Positions 52,101-64,000 of a stretch of DNA of 64,000 bases are shown here, one piece after another. Each line of letters opens with the position of its first letter. The stretch's first letter is position 1. Under the pieces are notes generated by a model. That model saw only the letters and a program-made list of their open reading frames with translations. It ran no database searches and was not told the origin of the DNA. Position numbers and translations under genes: made by a program. This stretch comes from Lingula anatina (Eukaryota; Animalia; Brachiopoda): positions 54,538,788-54,602,787 of the forward strand of contig CM120640.1 of assembly GCA_051362555.1 (NCBI GenBank), in the 5' to 3' direction.

Positions 52101-55100
52101 GTGACACCAGCATCTCCATGCACATAAAGAGATAACACCATCAAGGGAAAACCAATTTACCTTTTTGTCTTACAGAACTTGTGGTTTCATAAAAATGGGT
52201 TGTGTAGCCTGTTGCGCATTGTATTTTACATTAAAATGTATCAAAAAAAGGAAAATAACCTCTTTTGTGATTCTTTATTCTCTTTTTTCCTGTACAGCAA
52301 TTTGGAATTTGCAGGTTGGTGCAGAAACATTAATATTACATTTTACACATATGTAGATGACTGTAATGCAGATCTTTCTAGGATGAAGTGTCTCCTTAGT
52401 TGAATATAACTCTCCTCTTCAGTGGATATTTCTATTGTCAAGTGGTTAGTGGCAGTGAAGTTAGTTGCTTCATTATAGAAGTCCTGTGGCACACGAGCAG
52501 ATTGTTCATAGTTCAGTGTTTTTTCTCGTGCAACTTCTGCCAAATCTCTATCACTGACAGTGAATCCACACTGGTGACCGCCTGCAAATATATATTGCAT
52601 AAAATATGTAGGTTGATATACCTTAAGCCAGTTGTTCCATTTAGTCACATAGCCAATGCCACAAGAACATGGTGATGTGTAAGATTGACTACGTGTTCAT
52701 ATTTAAAGTAAAAGATTTTTAATACAAAAATGTCTTAAGTTTTAAATATTTCAATCTTTTATATGCTAAACATGTAACTGAAATTGCCAAATTTACCATA
52801 TAAATGTGGAAATGCATAAATGTCATTTGGAGCAGCACCAGTGGGTAACCACACCTGCCTTTGGTGTCTTATTTTGTGGTTGTTCCACCACAGTTGAAAT
52901 GCATCTATATCATGTTGTATCAGAGGCAAGTAAACAAATACCATGCACCACTTGTCAATGCAACTGTGTCTGTCATACCAACCATCTCTGTGCAAACCCT
53001 GAAAAGTATAATACTTGTGAATTTATCAGTCATTCTATGATATGCCAATGGATTAAAACTCTCTTTAGGAAAGTTGACCAGAAACACTCTATTTTCTGAA
53101 ATAAATGCATGACATCAGAATAGTGCGTGATCCAACTACAGGCTTTAATAGACATCCTTGTGACAAATGGGTAAATATAATAATAAATTACATACCTGGT
53201 TTAGTGGTGAAGGCCCCATGATGTGACTATCAGAGAAAGCACGCTGATCACTGCTATTTCTTCTTAGGAACATTTGGCATTCAATTAAGTCTACATTCTC
53301 TGTCCCTGGGTCACTTTTAGTTCTATTAGGGCAGACTATTAAAAAACGGTAACTATTAGCACAGATGTTTAAGAAGACCACAGTGTTGAAATATACCCCA
53401 AACTAGTATGTTACAATGGCAAAATCAGAAATGGAAAATACTAGTAAACTCTTTTAAACCCAGAGTGTGTGGTTAGATAAGGGATAGAGTATTTCAAATT
53501 GGTTTTTTACTTAAAACAGTACATTATATACATACACAAAATCTTGCGTGAAAATGTATCAATGCATCCATGTATGTAAATATGGCAGGACTGAAACTTG
53601 TCATTACCATCCACAGACCAAATCCAATTTGGTCCCTGAAAAGAAATAGTTGATATTATCACATGAAAACCTAAAATTAAATGTCATTTTGAAAGTATAT
53701 ACATGTGAATAATCTGACTGATACATTCCTCAAATGAACGAATCAAACAACTTTTACTGATAAGTGGCTCCATCATACAATTATCTTTCTATAATCTTAA
53801 GTTAGTTGAAACTGACAGTATGATGACTTGGCAATTTTTGTGACCAGAAAAGGGTTTAAGACTAAATAGTTTTCAACATATTGTGTTATCGCTGAAAGTG
53901 CATGGCTTAAATGATCAAGACAGATAGGTCTCTGTGTCTATACATAAAAATAATATTTATCTGTGATTTAAAAACTCGTCGATTTAAAGCCCTTCGTAAT
54001 CTTAGTTTCCGACCTTCATGATCAACTTCATGCAATATCTCTTGCACATCAATTCTTAGGATAGAGTAACAGAATAATATAATTTAATAGAAGTGAAACA
54101 AATATAGATTTTTACTTTCATTTTTTAATTAACTGCTTAATTGAAAAAATTAATCCTTTGCTTAACTAACCTTTTTTTCTTTCTTGTGATATTTCTGGCG
54201 ACACTGATCATATATTCGCCTTACACCTGCCAGTCCCCCACAAACAACGACTTCTTGTTGAATAATATCCTACATAAAAAGATATGACTCATACATTAAA
54301 ATGACCATTTATTATGTACAGACACAGATGTGTCTGTACATATAGCCATCATCTGCGTCTGTCGTCGCCGTCGCCGTCGTCGCCGTGCACTTTTACCGAT
54401 AACACGATAAGTGGAAAAGTGTTTTTTCTTTTGGCTTGAAACTTACAGAACTGATGAATATTCATAATACGCAGGTCAAGTTCGAAAATCAGCATGATCG
54501 GGTCACTTATAGGGAATTTATGCTGTTTTTTCACTTTTTTCAGCATATATGCAGCACCGATAACACGATAAGTGGAAAACCATTTTACCTTTTGGCTTGA
54601 AATTTACAGAACTGATGAATATTCATAATACGCAGGTCAAGTTCGAAAATCAGCATGATCGGGTCACTTATAGGGAATTTATGCTGTTTTTTCACTTTTT
54701 TCACCATATATACAGCACCGATAACACGATAAGTGGAAAACCATTTTACTTTTTGGCTTGAAACTTACAGATCTGATGAATATTTATAATACGCAGGTCA
54801 AGTTCGAAAATCAGCATGATCGGGTCACTTATAGGGAATTTATGCTGTTTTTTCACTTTTTTCAGCATATATACAGCACCGATAACACGATAAGTGGAAA
54901 ACCATTTTACTTTTTGGCTTGAAACTTACAGATCTGATGAATATTTATAATACGCAGGTCAAGTTCAAAAATCAGCGTGATTGGGTCATTTTTAGTGAAT
55001 TTAGGCTATTTTTTCTCTTTTTTCAGCATATATGCAGCACCGATAACACCATAAATGGAAAACCATTTTACCTTTTGGCTTGAAACTTACAGAACTGATG

Positions 55101-57783
55101 AATATTTATAATACGCAGGTAAAGTTCGAAAATCAGCATGATCGGGCCATTTTTAGGGAAGTTATGCTGTTTTTTCACTTCTTTCAACATATATGCAACG
55201 CTAATAACACAATATAAGAAAAACAGATAAGCCAATTGTCATTATACTCACAGGAGTAGTCAAACTAACTAAAACGCAGGTTGAGTTCCAAAATCAGCAT
55301 AATCGGGCCATTCTTTTAGAAGTTATGCTGTTTTTTCTTATTTCCTCTGATTCAATTGTTAGGCATGTTAACAGTCTCATTATTGAACTAATAAGATACG
55401 TAAAAGTGTTTGTTTGACATTTCCTGCATCTTAATAACATTGTTAGTTGATTATGTAAAAATGATGGTAAACTTGTTATTGTGTATTATGTTATAAAGTG
55501 TCAAAAATGGAAATAAACAAATATCATTGCAGTTTGTCAGATTCAATCATCTACTATATTCATTATCTCAGAATGGAGGAAATTAGACATTTAACACTGT
55601 TCTATTGATATTTTTCCCATCTCATCAATTTTCTTAGTTGATCATATACAAATGGTAGAAAACTGTTTATTTTGTTTTATGTTAAAAAAAGTATTTTAAA
55701 AATGGAAGTAAACCCATTGCAGAACAGTGCTGTCTTGTTTCAGCATATATGCAGCACCGATAACACGATAAGTGGAAAACCATTTTACTTTTTCCCTTGA
55801 AACTTACAAAACTGATTAATATTCATAATACGCAGGTCAAGTTCGAAAATCAGCATGATCGGGTCATTTTTAGGGAAGTTATGCTGTTTTTCACTTTTTT
55901 CACCATATATGCAACACTGATAACATGATAAGTGAAAAATCATTTAACCTTTTGGCTTGAAACTTGCAGAACTAATGAATATTTATATTACGCAGGTCAA
56001 GTTCGAAAATCAGCATGATCGGGTCATTTTTAGGGTAGTTATGCTGTTTTTTCACTTTTTTCAGCATATATGCAGCACCGATAACACGATAAGTGGAAAA
56101 CCATTTTACCTTTTGGTTTCAAACTTACAGAACTGATGAATATTCATAATACGCAGGTCAAGTTTGAAAATCAGTATGATTGGGTCATTTTTAGGGAAGT
56201 TATGCTGTTTTTCACTTTTTTCAGCATATATGCAACACTGATAACATGATAAGTGGAAAACCATTTTAAAACCTTTTGGTTTGAAACTTGCAGAACTAAT
56301 GAATATTCATAATACGCAGGTCAAGTTTGAAAATCAGTATGATCGGGTCATTTTTAGGGAAGTAATGCTGTTTTTTCACTTTTTTCAGCATGTATGCGAC
56401 CTTTGTGCTATATGACGGTACTGTATGGGTAGCAGTCTTTAAAATTGTCCCTTGGGTGATCACTAATTAAATTAAGGTCTATAAAGTCACTTGCCTACTC
56501 ATTAATTTTCAATTGGCCATTAAATGAGATTACATAAAACACTCCTTGAGATTTCCCTGTAAAGTCCCATAGGTTTAGCTCTCTTAACTGTGTCACAAAA
56601 TTAGGATTTGGTGATAATTGTGCAGATAAATGGTGTTTAACATTGCAAATAATTTACAACAAAAAGAATGTGTTATGCCAACATGCTATAGATGAATAAC
56701 AGTGCTTTATTTTTCTCAAACTTGGTGGGGTTATTAATATCAAGTTAATACAGCTAGATTAAAAGTTTGAATAGCAGCTTTATTGGAATTTTTTACGTTT
56801 TATTTAAAATTTTTTTAAAATTATTTTTCAAACACTAGCATCTTCAAGATGTGATTTTATACTCCCATCCACCAGAAGTGCTGTGCATTTTCTGTATTTT
56901 TGTATATAATTGTTATTTCTTCAGATTTAATTCTTAGGCATGTTAACAGTCTCATTATGGAACTAATAAGATATGTAAAAGTGTTGTTTTGACATTTTCT
57001 GCTTCTTAACAATATTGTTTGTTGATTATATAAAAATGACGGTAAACCTGTTATAATATTGTGCATTGTGTAATAAAGTATCATAAATGGAAAGGAACTC
57101 ATCATTGCAGTTTGTCAGATTTAATCATTCACTATGTTCAGCATCTGCAAATGGAGCAAATTGGACGTTGAAAATTGTTCTATTGATATTTTTCCTATGT
57201 CAACAATTTTCCTAGTTGAACATTTAAAAATGACAGTTTATTGATCATTTTGTTTTAAAAAAGGTGTTGAAAATGGAAAGAAAATCATTTCAGTACAGTT
57301 ATCTCTTGTTTACATTTTGGCATTTTGAAAGTGTGACTCTGAATTTCCATGGCCTTGAAGACCTTCCCAAATCACATTTTCTGAATATTCATGATACTTT
57401 TATTTATTTTTTTTTTATAAAAATTTGATGGTCATTATGCTGTTAAGTATTATGTTTTATTGCATGAAAGTTGAAGAAAACCCTATTTTGGACACTGCTG
57501 CCAGGATAGCGATTAAGGGAAAACCATGTTACTTGTGATACTGAAACTTAGTGAAAAGTTTCATAAGACAGAAGTGCGCAGCTTGTGTTTGAAAACCAGT
57601 GTGATTGTTTTCTGTTTTGGAGGCAATGCAGGTTTATAGTGTGCTATACTGGCATTTTCAAGTTGTGACTTATCACTCCCATCTGCCAGGAGCCCTGTAC
57701 TCTTACTTTGTAACATTTTATGTATTTTGTTAAGTTACAAGAATGATTCTTAGGATTGACATACAGCCAAAAAAAAAAAAAAA

Positions 57784-57842
<59 letters not shown>

Positions 57843-59414
57843 GAGTTTAAGCAATTTTTTTGTGTGTGTGTAATTTTCACTGTACCTCATTCTGGCATTT
57901 CCAAAGTTTAACTCTTATCAGCCTGACACCTTAGGGACTATTTCCAGACCCTATCACGCTAACTGTGGATCGATCTATCTCCATGGGAATTCTCGCTAAA
58001 TTGCAATCAATGTAAGTGGCTTAGTTGTCTGTCATGCCTACTGAAACTGGCATGCCAGAATCCTAAGACTCTCAAACTGAAAGCAATTTAGTGAGAAACC
58101 CCTTGGAGTTGGATTGATCCTGTTAGATTGATCTAGGTATGGGAACTTAGTCCAATGCTTGATACACATTTTACTTTCATCCTAATCCAATGTTATGCAG
58201 AATAAGAATTTGATGTTGGCTATGCAGTTACAGTAAGCATAATACATTAGTTCATCAGAATTGACAGTATCCTATTTCCTGCGTTTTTATTTTCTGGTTT
58301 TTGTCTGTACATTTGACAGCTTTGCTGCCTTGTTATGTATATAACCTTATTAAATTATAATTGGAAATATAAATCACTGTAAGATGTCAATATTTTTATT
58401 TTATTTGTACAAGGGGGATAATTAAGTTTTGGATTGTAACAGACTTTCTATCAGACATATCTATATACTAGTACTGTACTGGTTGGTTGGTGTATTTATG
58501 CCATCTCCTCTATTCTAAGACTTGAGTGATCAAAATACTACAGATATTATTTCAACATACAGATTGATTCAAAGTAGGCAGCATCAAAATTATCGCTTAC
58601 CCTTAATTCTTGGACAGGGACATGTTCATGTTGCTTGATTTCAAGAACATTTAACCTTCTCTTGAGGGTTCTTTCACTGACAGTGAAAAACAAAATAATT
58701 AAAAATAATTAGATCCTTTCTGAACTTATTACCTGCTTTAAGATATTCAGTGAGCTGACAACTTTAAAGTTTTTCCTTCATGCAATAGGATTTTGCAGAT
58801 TTTTATGGGAATCTATATGAAAATGATAACACGGACCAAGACTTTTCTGGGGATTCATGCCATTTAAAATCACCACTTGTAATTTTCAACAAAAATTCCA
58901 GGAGTCCAAGCCATCATTAAAAAAAACTACCCAGTGATGTTAGCAGCTGTCCAATTAATAGTTAAGTTTGTCACCAAGAAAAGACTTGACGTGGGCGATA
59001 AGCAATGAGCTTCACTAACAATAAGAATTAAACATGACATTGATTGACACAAAGATTTCTCTACAAAAAAGCAAATATAAATAAGCATTTGTTGCCACAA
59101 AGAATTCTACACAAAAATATTTACCTCCAGGTAATACCAATGTCCTTTAAATATTCTAATATCAAAGCTTTGCTTTTATAATGTTCCACTAGATTGTTGA
59201 GGAAAACCTTTAAATCTGAAATTCAAAAATAAAATGAATTTTTTACATGAAGCAATGACAGACTATAGATGACTTATAAGAGATACAATTAAACATACAC
59301 ACATTATAAGGCAATTTCATTTAGTATGCTCTTTTGTTTATTACAAAATGGATGTGAATTTTTTCTGAGATTTCTCCTCGAGAGCCAATCACATATGAAT
59401 AACAGTCTTTTACA

Positions 59415-59451
<37 letters not shown>

Positions 59452-62400
59452 TACTTGCAGCCCAAAGAAAAGCTTTGATAATATCACTGGAGATGTGTGC
59501 CTCAACATAAAAGGTGAATTATACAGGCTAAATCCACCTAATTCAATTTTATGATTTATATTTTATATTTTCTTAAATCAACTTCTGTTTCATGCTCTCA
59601 TAAAATAACTATTATTTGAATTGACAAACTGAAGCCCAAGAATTAAAAATATTTCAATTAATATCATATATGAAACTATTTCAATTCTTATTGTATTTTA
59701 ACACAAATAACTTGGTAGATCCATGTTGAAAAAAGACAAACACTGAATTTGCTCACCAAATTTGAAGTCCTGATCCATGGGCAAGTGCCCACAGTTGACA
59801 CAATGTCTGATGGTTCTAATTTTTCGGTATCCTGGACATCGACATTGCCTTTTGTTACAAGCACCGACGACACTCTACAAACGTAAATTACAAATGAAAA
59901 GCAATACTTTCAACATTCCTATCCTTAACGGGAACTGTACCCGTGAGGTTTAATAATTGTTTCGAGGAAGTCTAATGAAAAATACTGTAAATTTATGTAC
60001 ATGTATGTAAAATAAGTTAAATACCCAATGAAGACGTTTGCATAACCAGTCAGTGTCACTGTGTCAGGAAAGGCGACATATTTATTTAACCGGTGTTGCT
60101 ATCTTCTTTTATTGCCCCTAGTACGTTCCAATACTAGTAATAGTAAAGAAATAAGACTAAGAGGACACTCGTCCTTGATTCACTAATAATACTATACGTC
60201 ACACTATCATCTGCATAAAGAATAAAGAGAAAACAACTTACGTGCAATATATTTTCACATCCGCATGATTTACAAATGGGAATGTGAGCCTGTTGTTCAT
60301 AGTCCGTGCTATGTTGGCATTTTAAACACATCGTGGCTTCTTCCGTCATGTTTCTATTCTCGCAATTTCTCGTGAGATATCGTGTTTTTTTTTTCTCTTT
60401 TTCTTGATTTCCTTTTGAAATAAAATTTGCTCGGTATCGCGGGATTTCACGTGGCCACGCAGGATTACGCGCGATCTCGCGGGATTACACGCGATCTCGC
60501 AAATTTCGCAATTTTTTTTTTCATAAAAATTTTTTTTTTTAATTTTTTATTTTTCAAATTTTTTTTTTTCAATTTTTTTTTTTTTTTCAAAAAAAATTTT
60601 TTTTTCAATTTTTTTTCGCTTGGCCCTCCTGGGATTCCATAGCATCCAGCTTTGGCCTTTTGTTTTAGGCCAACAGTTTATTTCAATAAACAACTAGGAT
60701 ATTTATCTTGAACTGAAGTGGATCTTATTTTTGGCCCTTTTAAAGTTTAGACCCATTTTCGGCTTAAGCTCTTTTATGATAAAATAAAGGCCCCTGCTGA
60801 TAATGATATACATCAGTATTGTTGATATTTAGGTGTTTTGTGCCTGGTTGGGATGACAACCCATTAAGGGGAAATGAAACTTTAAACTACTCCTTGATAT
60901 TTCCTACTGGTGAAGATGGGCAGTATGACCGCTGTAATATGTATGCTGTCAACGTGACCAGAGGGGTGTGGTATACAATACCAGACAATACCACTGCCAC
61001 AGTGCAGTGTAACCAATGGGTCTATGACACGTCACGGTACAAGACATCCGTCGTTTCACAGGTGAGTCTTTCGCTAATTATCAAAATTCTACTTCTTTTG
61101 AAAATCAGCATTTATTGCAACGTGAAAATCGAAATAAACCGACTCTTCCAAAATCTGAATCTGAATATCATCCGGTTGAGACATTGCTTTCGGCAGGTCT
61201 CATTTGCTTTTTCGTATATCACCATCGGAAGGTCGATTTTACATTTCGAACAATTTAAACAGCTCTCTTATGAATGATTTGAAAATTGTTAAAACCAAAG
61301 ACGCAAAATGACAAATCTTCGCATCCTCGCTACGGTTAATGCACTTATTTTCAGTTTAACCTGGTGTGCAACCGCAAGTACATGAGTAACGTGGCCCAGT
61401 CTCTGTATATGGCGGGTATGCTTGTGGGTGCTATAGTGTTCGGTAATTTGTCAGACAAGTAAGGAGAGTTCACTTCAACTAATCGTTAACGTACAAAGAA
61501 TCAATTCCATATTTTTGTGCTAAACATGCATAGTAAGAGAAATCAAATCTGGTTTCTGGTTATTTATACAACCTTAAGCACAGTAGGCCTATCGAGATAA
61601 AACTTATGTTCTCTTGAGTTTGAGTTCACATATGTTTCTAATTCTTGTTGTTGTTGTTTGTTGCCTTCCAGCAGGGATTTATATATACTCTTCATCGTTG
61701 TATTTTCCAAATTACAAATATACTTCAAATTTGTTTTCAAATGATGTAACCCAAGAGTTGTGTGAATAGCTTTACCTTTTTTAAAAACTTATCAATCAAT
61801 CAATTTTCAGATTTGGCAGAAAACGTTTAATGTTCATAAGTCAGATTATTCAAGTAGTGAGCGGATGTCTACTGGCAGCTGCACCAGAGTACGTTACTTT
61901 CACCATCCTGCGCTTCATACTTGGTGCCGCACACTCGGGGGTCTTCTTGCCTGCTTTTGTTATCGGTGAGCATTTGTCGGTTTTCAAGTTTTGTTACAGC
62001 TTATGTTCGTGACTTTATAGGTAGTAAGAAAAAGTGAAAGAATCGATATACAGTAGTAAAAAAAGTAGTATTTAACATTTAGTTATATGTATACCCACTT
62101 TCATTTTCTATAACTACCTAACCAGTTATGGGTTTTTGTATATTATTCAGTTATGGAGTTCATTGGAGCAAAAAGCGGTCGGACAATCACTGGAATATCC
62201 TTCAATGCCTTCTTTGCCGTGGGTTTTTGCACTCTTTCCTTTGCAGCATATTTCATTCGCTATTGGACTTGGTTACAACTTGCAATTTCGTTGCCAAGCA
62301 TTTTCTTCCTGATTTATTTTTGGTAAGTTGAAGCTTGGAATGATAGATAAAAACGGTTATATTTAATAAAGCATTTACATACATTCGTCTTGAGGATATT

Positions 62401-64000
62401 TCCCCTGATAACAATTATTTAAACGTAAAGAGAGAATTTTAGATAAAGCAAGTTAAAAACAAACTTGGTATTCTACAAATTAATTAGACTTATTTAAGAC
62501 TAATATTATAATAATAATCTTCATTTCTTATACAGTGCATTCCGTTATAATAAATTGCAATGCACTTTACAGTTATATTATATTAAAATGTCATAAGTTA
62601 CAATACTATAAAATGACAGAGCTTAGTTTGAAAGCTTAAAGAAAGGCAGTTTGTTCCATAATAACTGACATAATGCCCAGTACAAAACCCTTAACTGTGA
62701 TTGGATTTGTCCACGAATCTCAACATGGCGATATATCACTTTGATAATGGAATGTGGGATTTGTGAGGTTGATATTAGTAATTTGGAGAGTGGGGGGGAA
62801 TAGCCAAAATGCCAGAGCTATTTCCAATTTACTGAGTGTTTCTCGCCAATCTTATCTTGCAATTTATGTATCGGGCATTAAACATGTGTATCTATAGACA
62901 TCTGCGATTTTTTACGTAGATTTTATGGAGTGAAAATTATAATGCTCAATCTATTACATGTTCAGACTGACGTTTTGAATGTAGAAATATTGCTCTTTGA
63001 ATTTGATATATCTGTAGGGACAAGGTCATTCCTGGCTCGGCAAGATGGTTTTTGCAAAATAAGAAGGAAGAACGTTCAAAGAGCATCATCAAAAAGGCGG
63101 CAAAAATGAACGGAAACCCAATCCCACAGAAAATAATAGACGAGGTAAACTTTAAATTGTCACTTTTGAAAATGCCAGGGATAAGATTGAAGGCAGATTG
63201 CTCGCAATAACACATTGGCCTATACATGTATACATACTTGTGTCAGCTTAAGCCAATAACCTATTAAATTTCAGATCTGCATGTTACCCAAAACATTGAC
63301 CTTTCTACGTCATTGCCAAATTCAGAACAGCGGACTAACTTGCCCACGGGTCAAATATGGCCGACCCACTTGAATACTTCGCCACGGGAAATCTATTCAG
63401 TGTCTAACAGATTAGACGGCAAGCTTTTTAGTCGGTCGCCATATTTGGCCCGCAGGCTAGTTAGTCCGCTGTTCTGAATGCTGCCTTAGTTATTAATGTT
63501 AAATTCGACGAAGAAGTGTTTCGCAAAGGTTTTACGTATTATCTTTTCAGCTAAAACCTGACGTTAAGCACAAGTCACACGTATTTAAAATGATGAATTA
63601 TCCACGGATGAGGAATAGAGGTTTCATAATATATTATAATTGGTATGTAAACTTATAAAAAGTAACACTTTGATATTTAATATTGTTAATTCGGTAGTCT
63701 TTATACATTATTTAAACTATAGTATGTCATTTCATTGACTGCAAAATTAGAACTTTCAAAATTATTAGTAGTTGAATTGTATTAAAATCAGTTTGCCACG
63801 TGTTCAAATGTGCATTTGTTACCGATTTAATCCTAGAGTAAAGCCTAGTTTTTCTACATGTAAATCTTACAGGTTCACCGTGAGTCTTGTATTCTATGGT
63901 CTATCCCTAAGCACTTCAGAACTTCCAGGAGACAACGATTTCTTGAATCTGTCTCTGTCTGGATTGGTAGAATTTCCTGGATTTCTTTTCTGCATTCTGT
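49114..64000 (+). CDS. Tandem paralog 'SLC22-B' (SLC22-family transporter), exons 1-8, runs off the right edge
   Basis: Exons 49114-49256, 60833-61061, 61355-61458, 61811-61965, 62151-62322, 63018-63144, 63551-63642, 63873->64000; same intron positions and phases as SLC22-A, frame open (MRFEDIIPHLGEFGKFQ..SDKFGRK..IPGSARW..GLVEFPGF). Confidence 0.92.
51160..52030 (+). mobile_element. Old, diverged 3' part of the same HINE family inside the IS3EU-type element
   Basis: Similar to 15520-18310 (aaaatggaagtaaactcatt, catgggcctgaa, aagcattatgtaat..gcatcaaa); ends in the degenerate terminus tttgacagctatgctg. Confidence 0.6.
54312..58334 (+). mobile_element. HINE copy 2, inserted in an intron of the IS3EU transposase
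   Basis: Same 5' stem-loop and microsatellite, and same 3' tgtctgtacatttgacagctttgctgccttgtt, as copy 1; 161-bp arrays at about 54395-55335 and 55741-56395. Confidence 0.82.
57931..58153. mobile_element. Degenerate MITE nested in HINE copy 2
   Basis: ggacta..ttcc.gacc..ggatcgatct..tctcgctaaattgc versus gcaatttagtgaga..ggattgatcc..ggtatgggaa..tagtcc; absent at the homologous site of copy 1 (~17000). Confidence 0.55.
59757..60349 (-). CDS. Two Cys-rich exons at the right end of the IS3EU-type element (putative Zn-binding N-terminus)
   Basis: 60349-60242 MTEEATMCLKCQH..CKSCGCENILH|GTAAGT and 59874-59757 tgtAG|SVVGACNKRQCRCPGY..HCVNCGHLP..|GTGAGC join in phase 0. Confidence 0.5.
63320..63479. 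mobile_element. Small foldback MITE in SLC22-B intron 6
   Basis: Perfect 21-bp inverted repeat attcagaacagcggactaact, extended by imperfect arms; shares attcagaa..aatatggccgacc with the 29041 element. Confidence 0.75.

Larger units (their letters stand above)
52343..58676 (-). pseudogene. Decayed, intron-containing DDE transposase of the IS3EU-type element
   Basis: Exon-like blocks 58676-58601 (ERTLKRRL, HTH-like), 54269-54171 (GLAGVRRIY), 54054-53961 (VDHEG..LNRRVF), 53635-~53536 (GPNWIWSVDGNDK..IHGCIDTFSRKIL), 53335-53196 (KSDPGTEN..GPSPLNQ), 53095-~53035 (KIECFW), 52998-52797 (WWNNHKIR), 52581-52343. D-D-E triad present, but the donor after 53961 reads AT, there is a phase clash at 54171/54054, and no usable donor precedes a stop after KIECFW. 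Confidence 0.82.
50117..60641. mobile_element. IS3EU-type DNA transposon, 10,525 bp, in SLC22-B intron 1
   Basis: Termini TATGGAATCCCAGGAGGGCCAAGCG / CGCTTGGCCCTCCTGGGATTCCATA, imperfect TIRs of ~200-270 bp, 6-bp TSD GCATCC (50111-50116; 60642-60647), internal integrase-like DDE exons. TAY..RTA ends with a 6-bp TSD define IS3EU as recalled from Repbase reviews. Confidence 0.85.

Noticed and set aside
50117-60641. Polinton/Maverick or LTR retroelement assignment
   Set aside because: The 6-bp TSD fits Polinton, but the termini are TATGG rather than AG, and no polB, capsid, ATPase or reverse transcriptase remnants were seen; the repeats are inverted, not direct.

Overview
AT-rich, intron-rich animal genomic DNA (probably an invertebrate; taxon not determinable). 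It holds (i) the 5' ten coding exons of the ciliary gene CFAP58 on the minus strand, with an RFX X-box-like site upstream; (ii) a complete SLC22-family (organic ion transporter, MFS) gene 'SLC22-A' at 20854-41398 (+); (iii) a tandem paralog 'SLC22-B' from 49114, running off the window. Best findings: SLC22-A has two intact, ~53%-identical 169-nt versions of coding exon 5 (TM5-TM6) that can only be used mutually exclusively; the paralogs share a 161-bp near-identical gene-conversion-like tract; intron 1 of SLC22-B holds a 10.5-kb IS3EU-type DNA transposon (TATGG..CCATA ends, 6-bp TSD) with a decayed intron-containing DDE transposase, TCTCGCGAGA-type motifs at both inner TIR ends, and nested satellite-bearing Helentron/DINE-like elements. 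Several MITEs and microsatellites are also present. All gene models were read by hand and lack transcript support.
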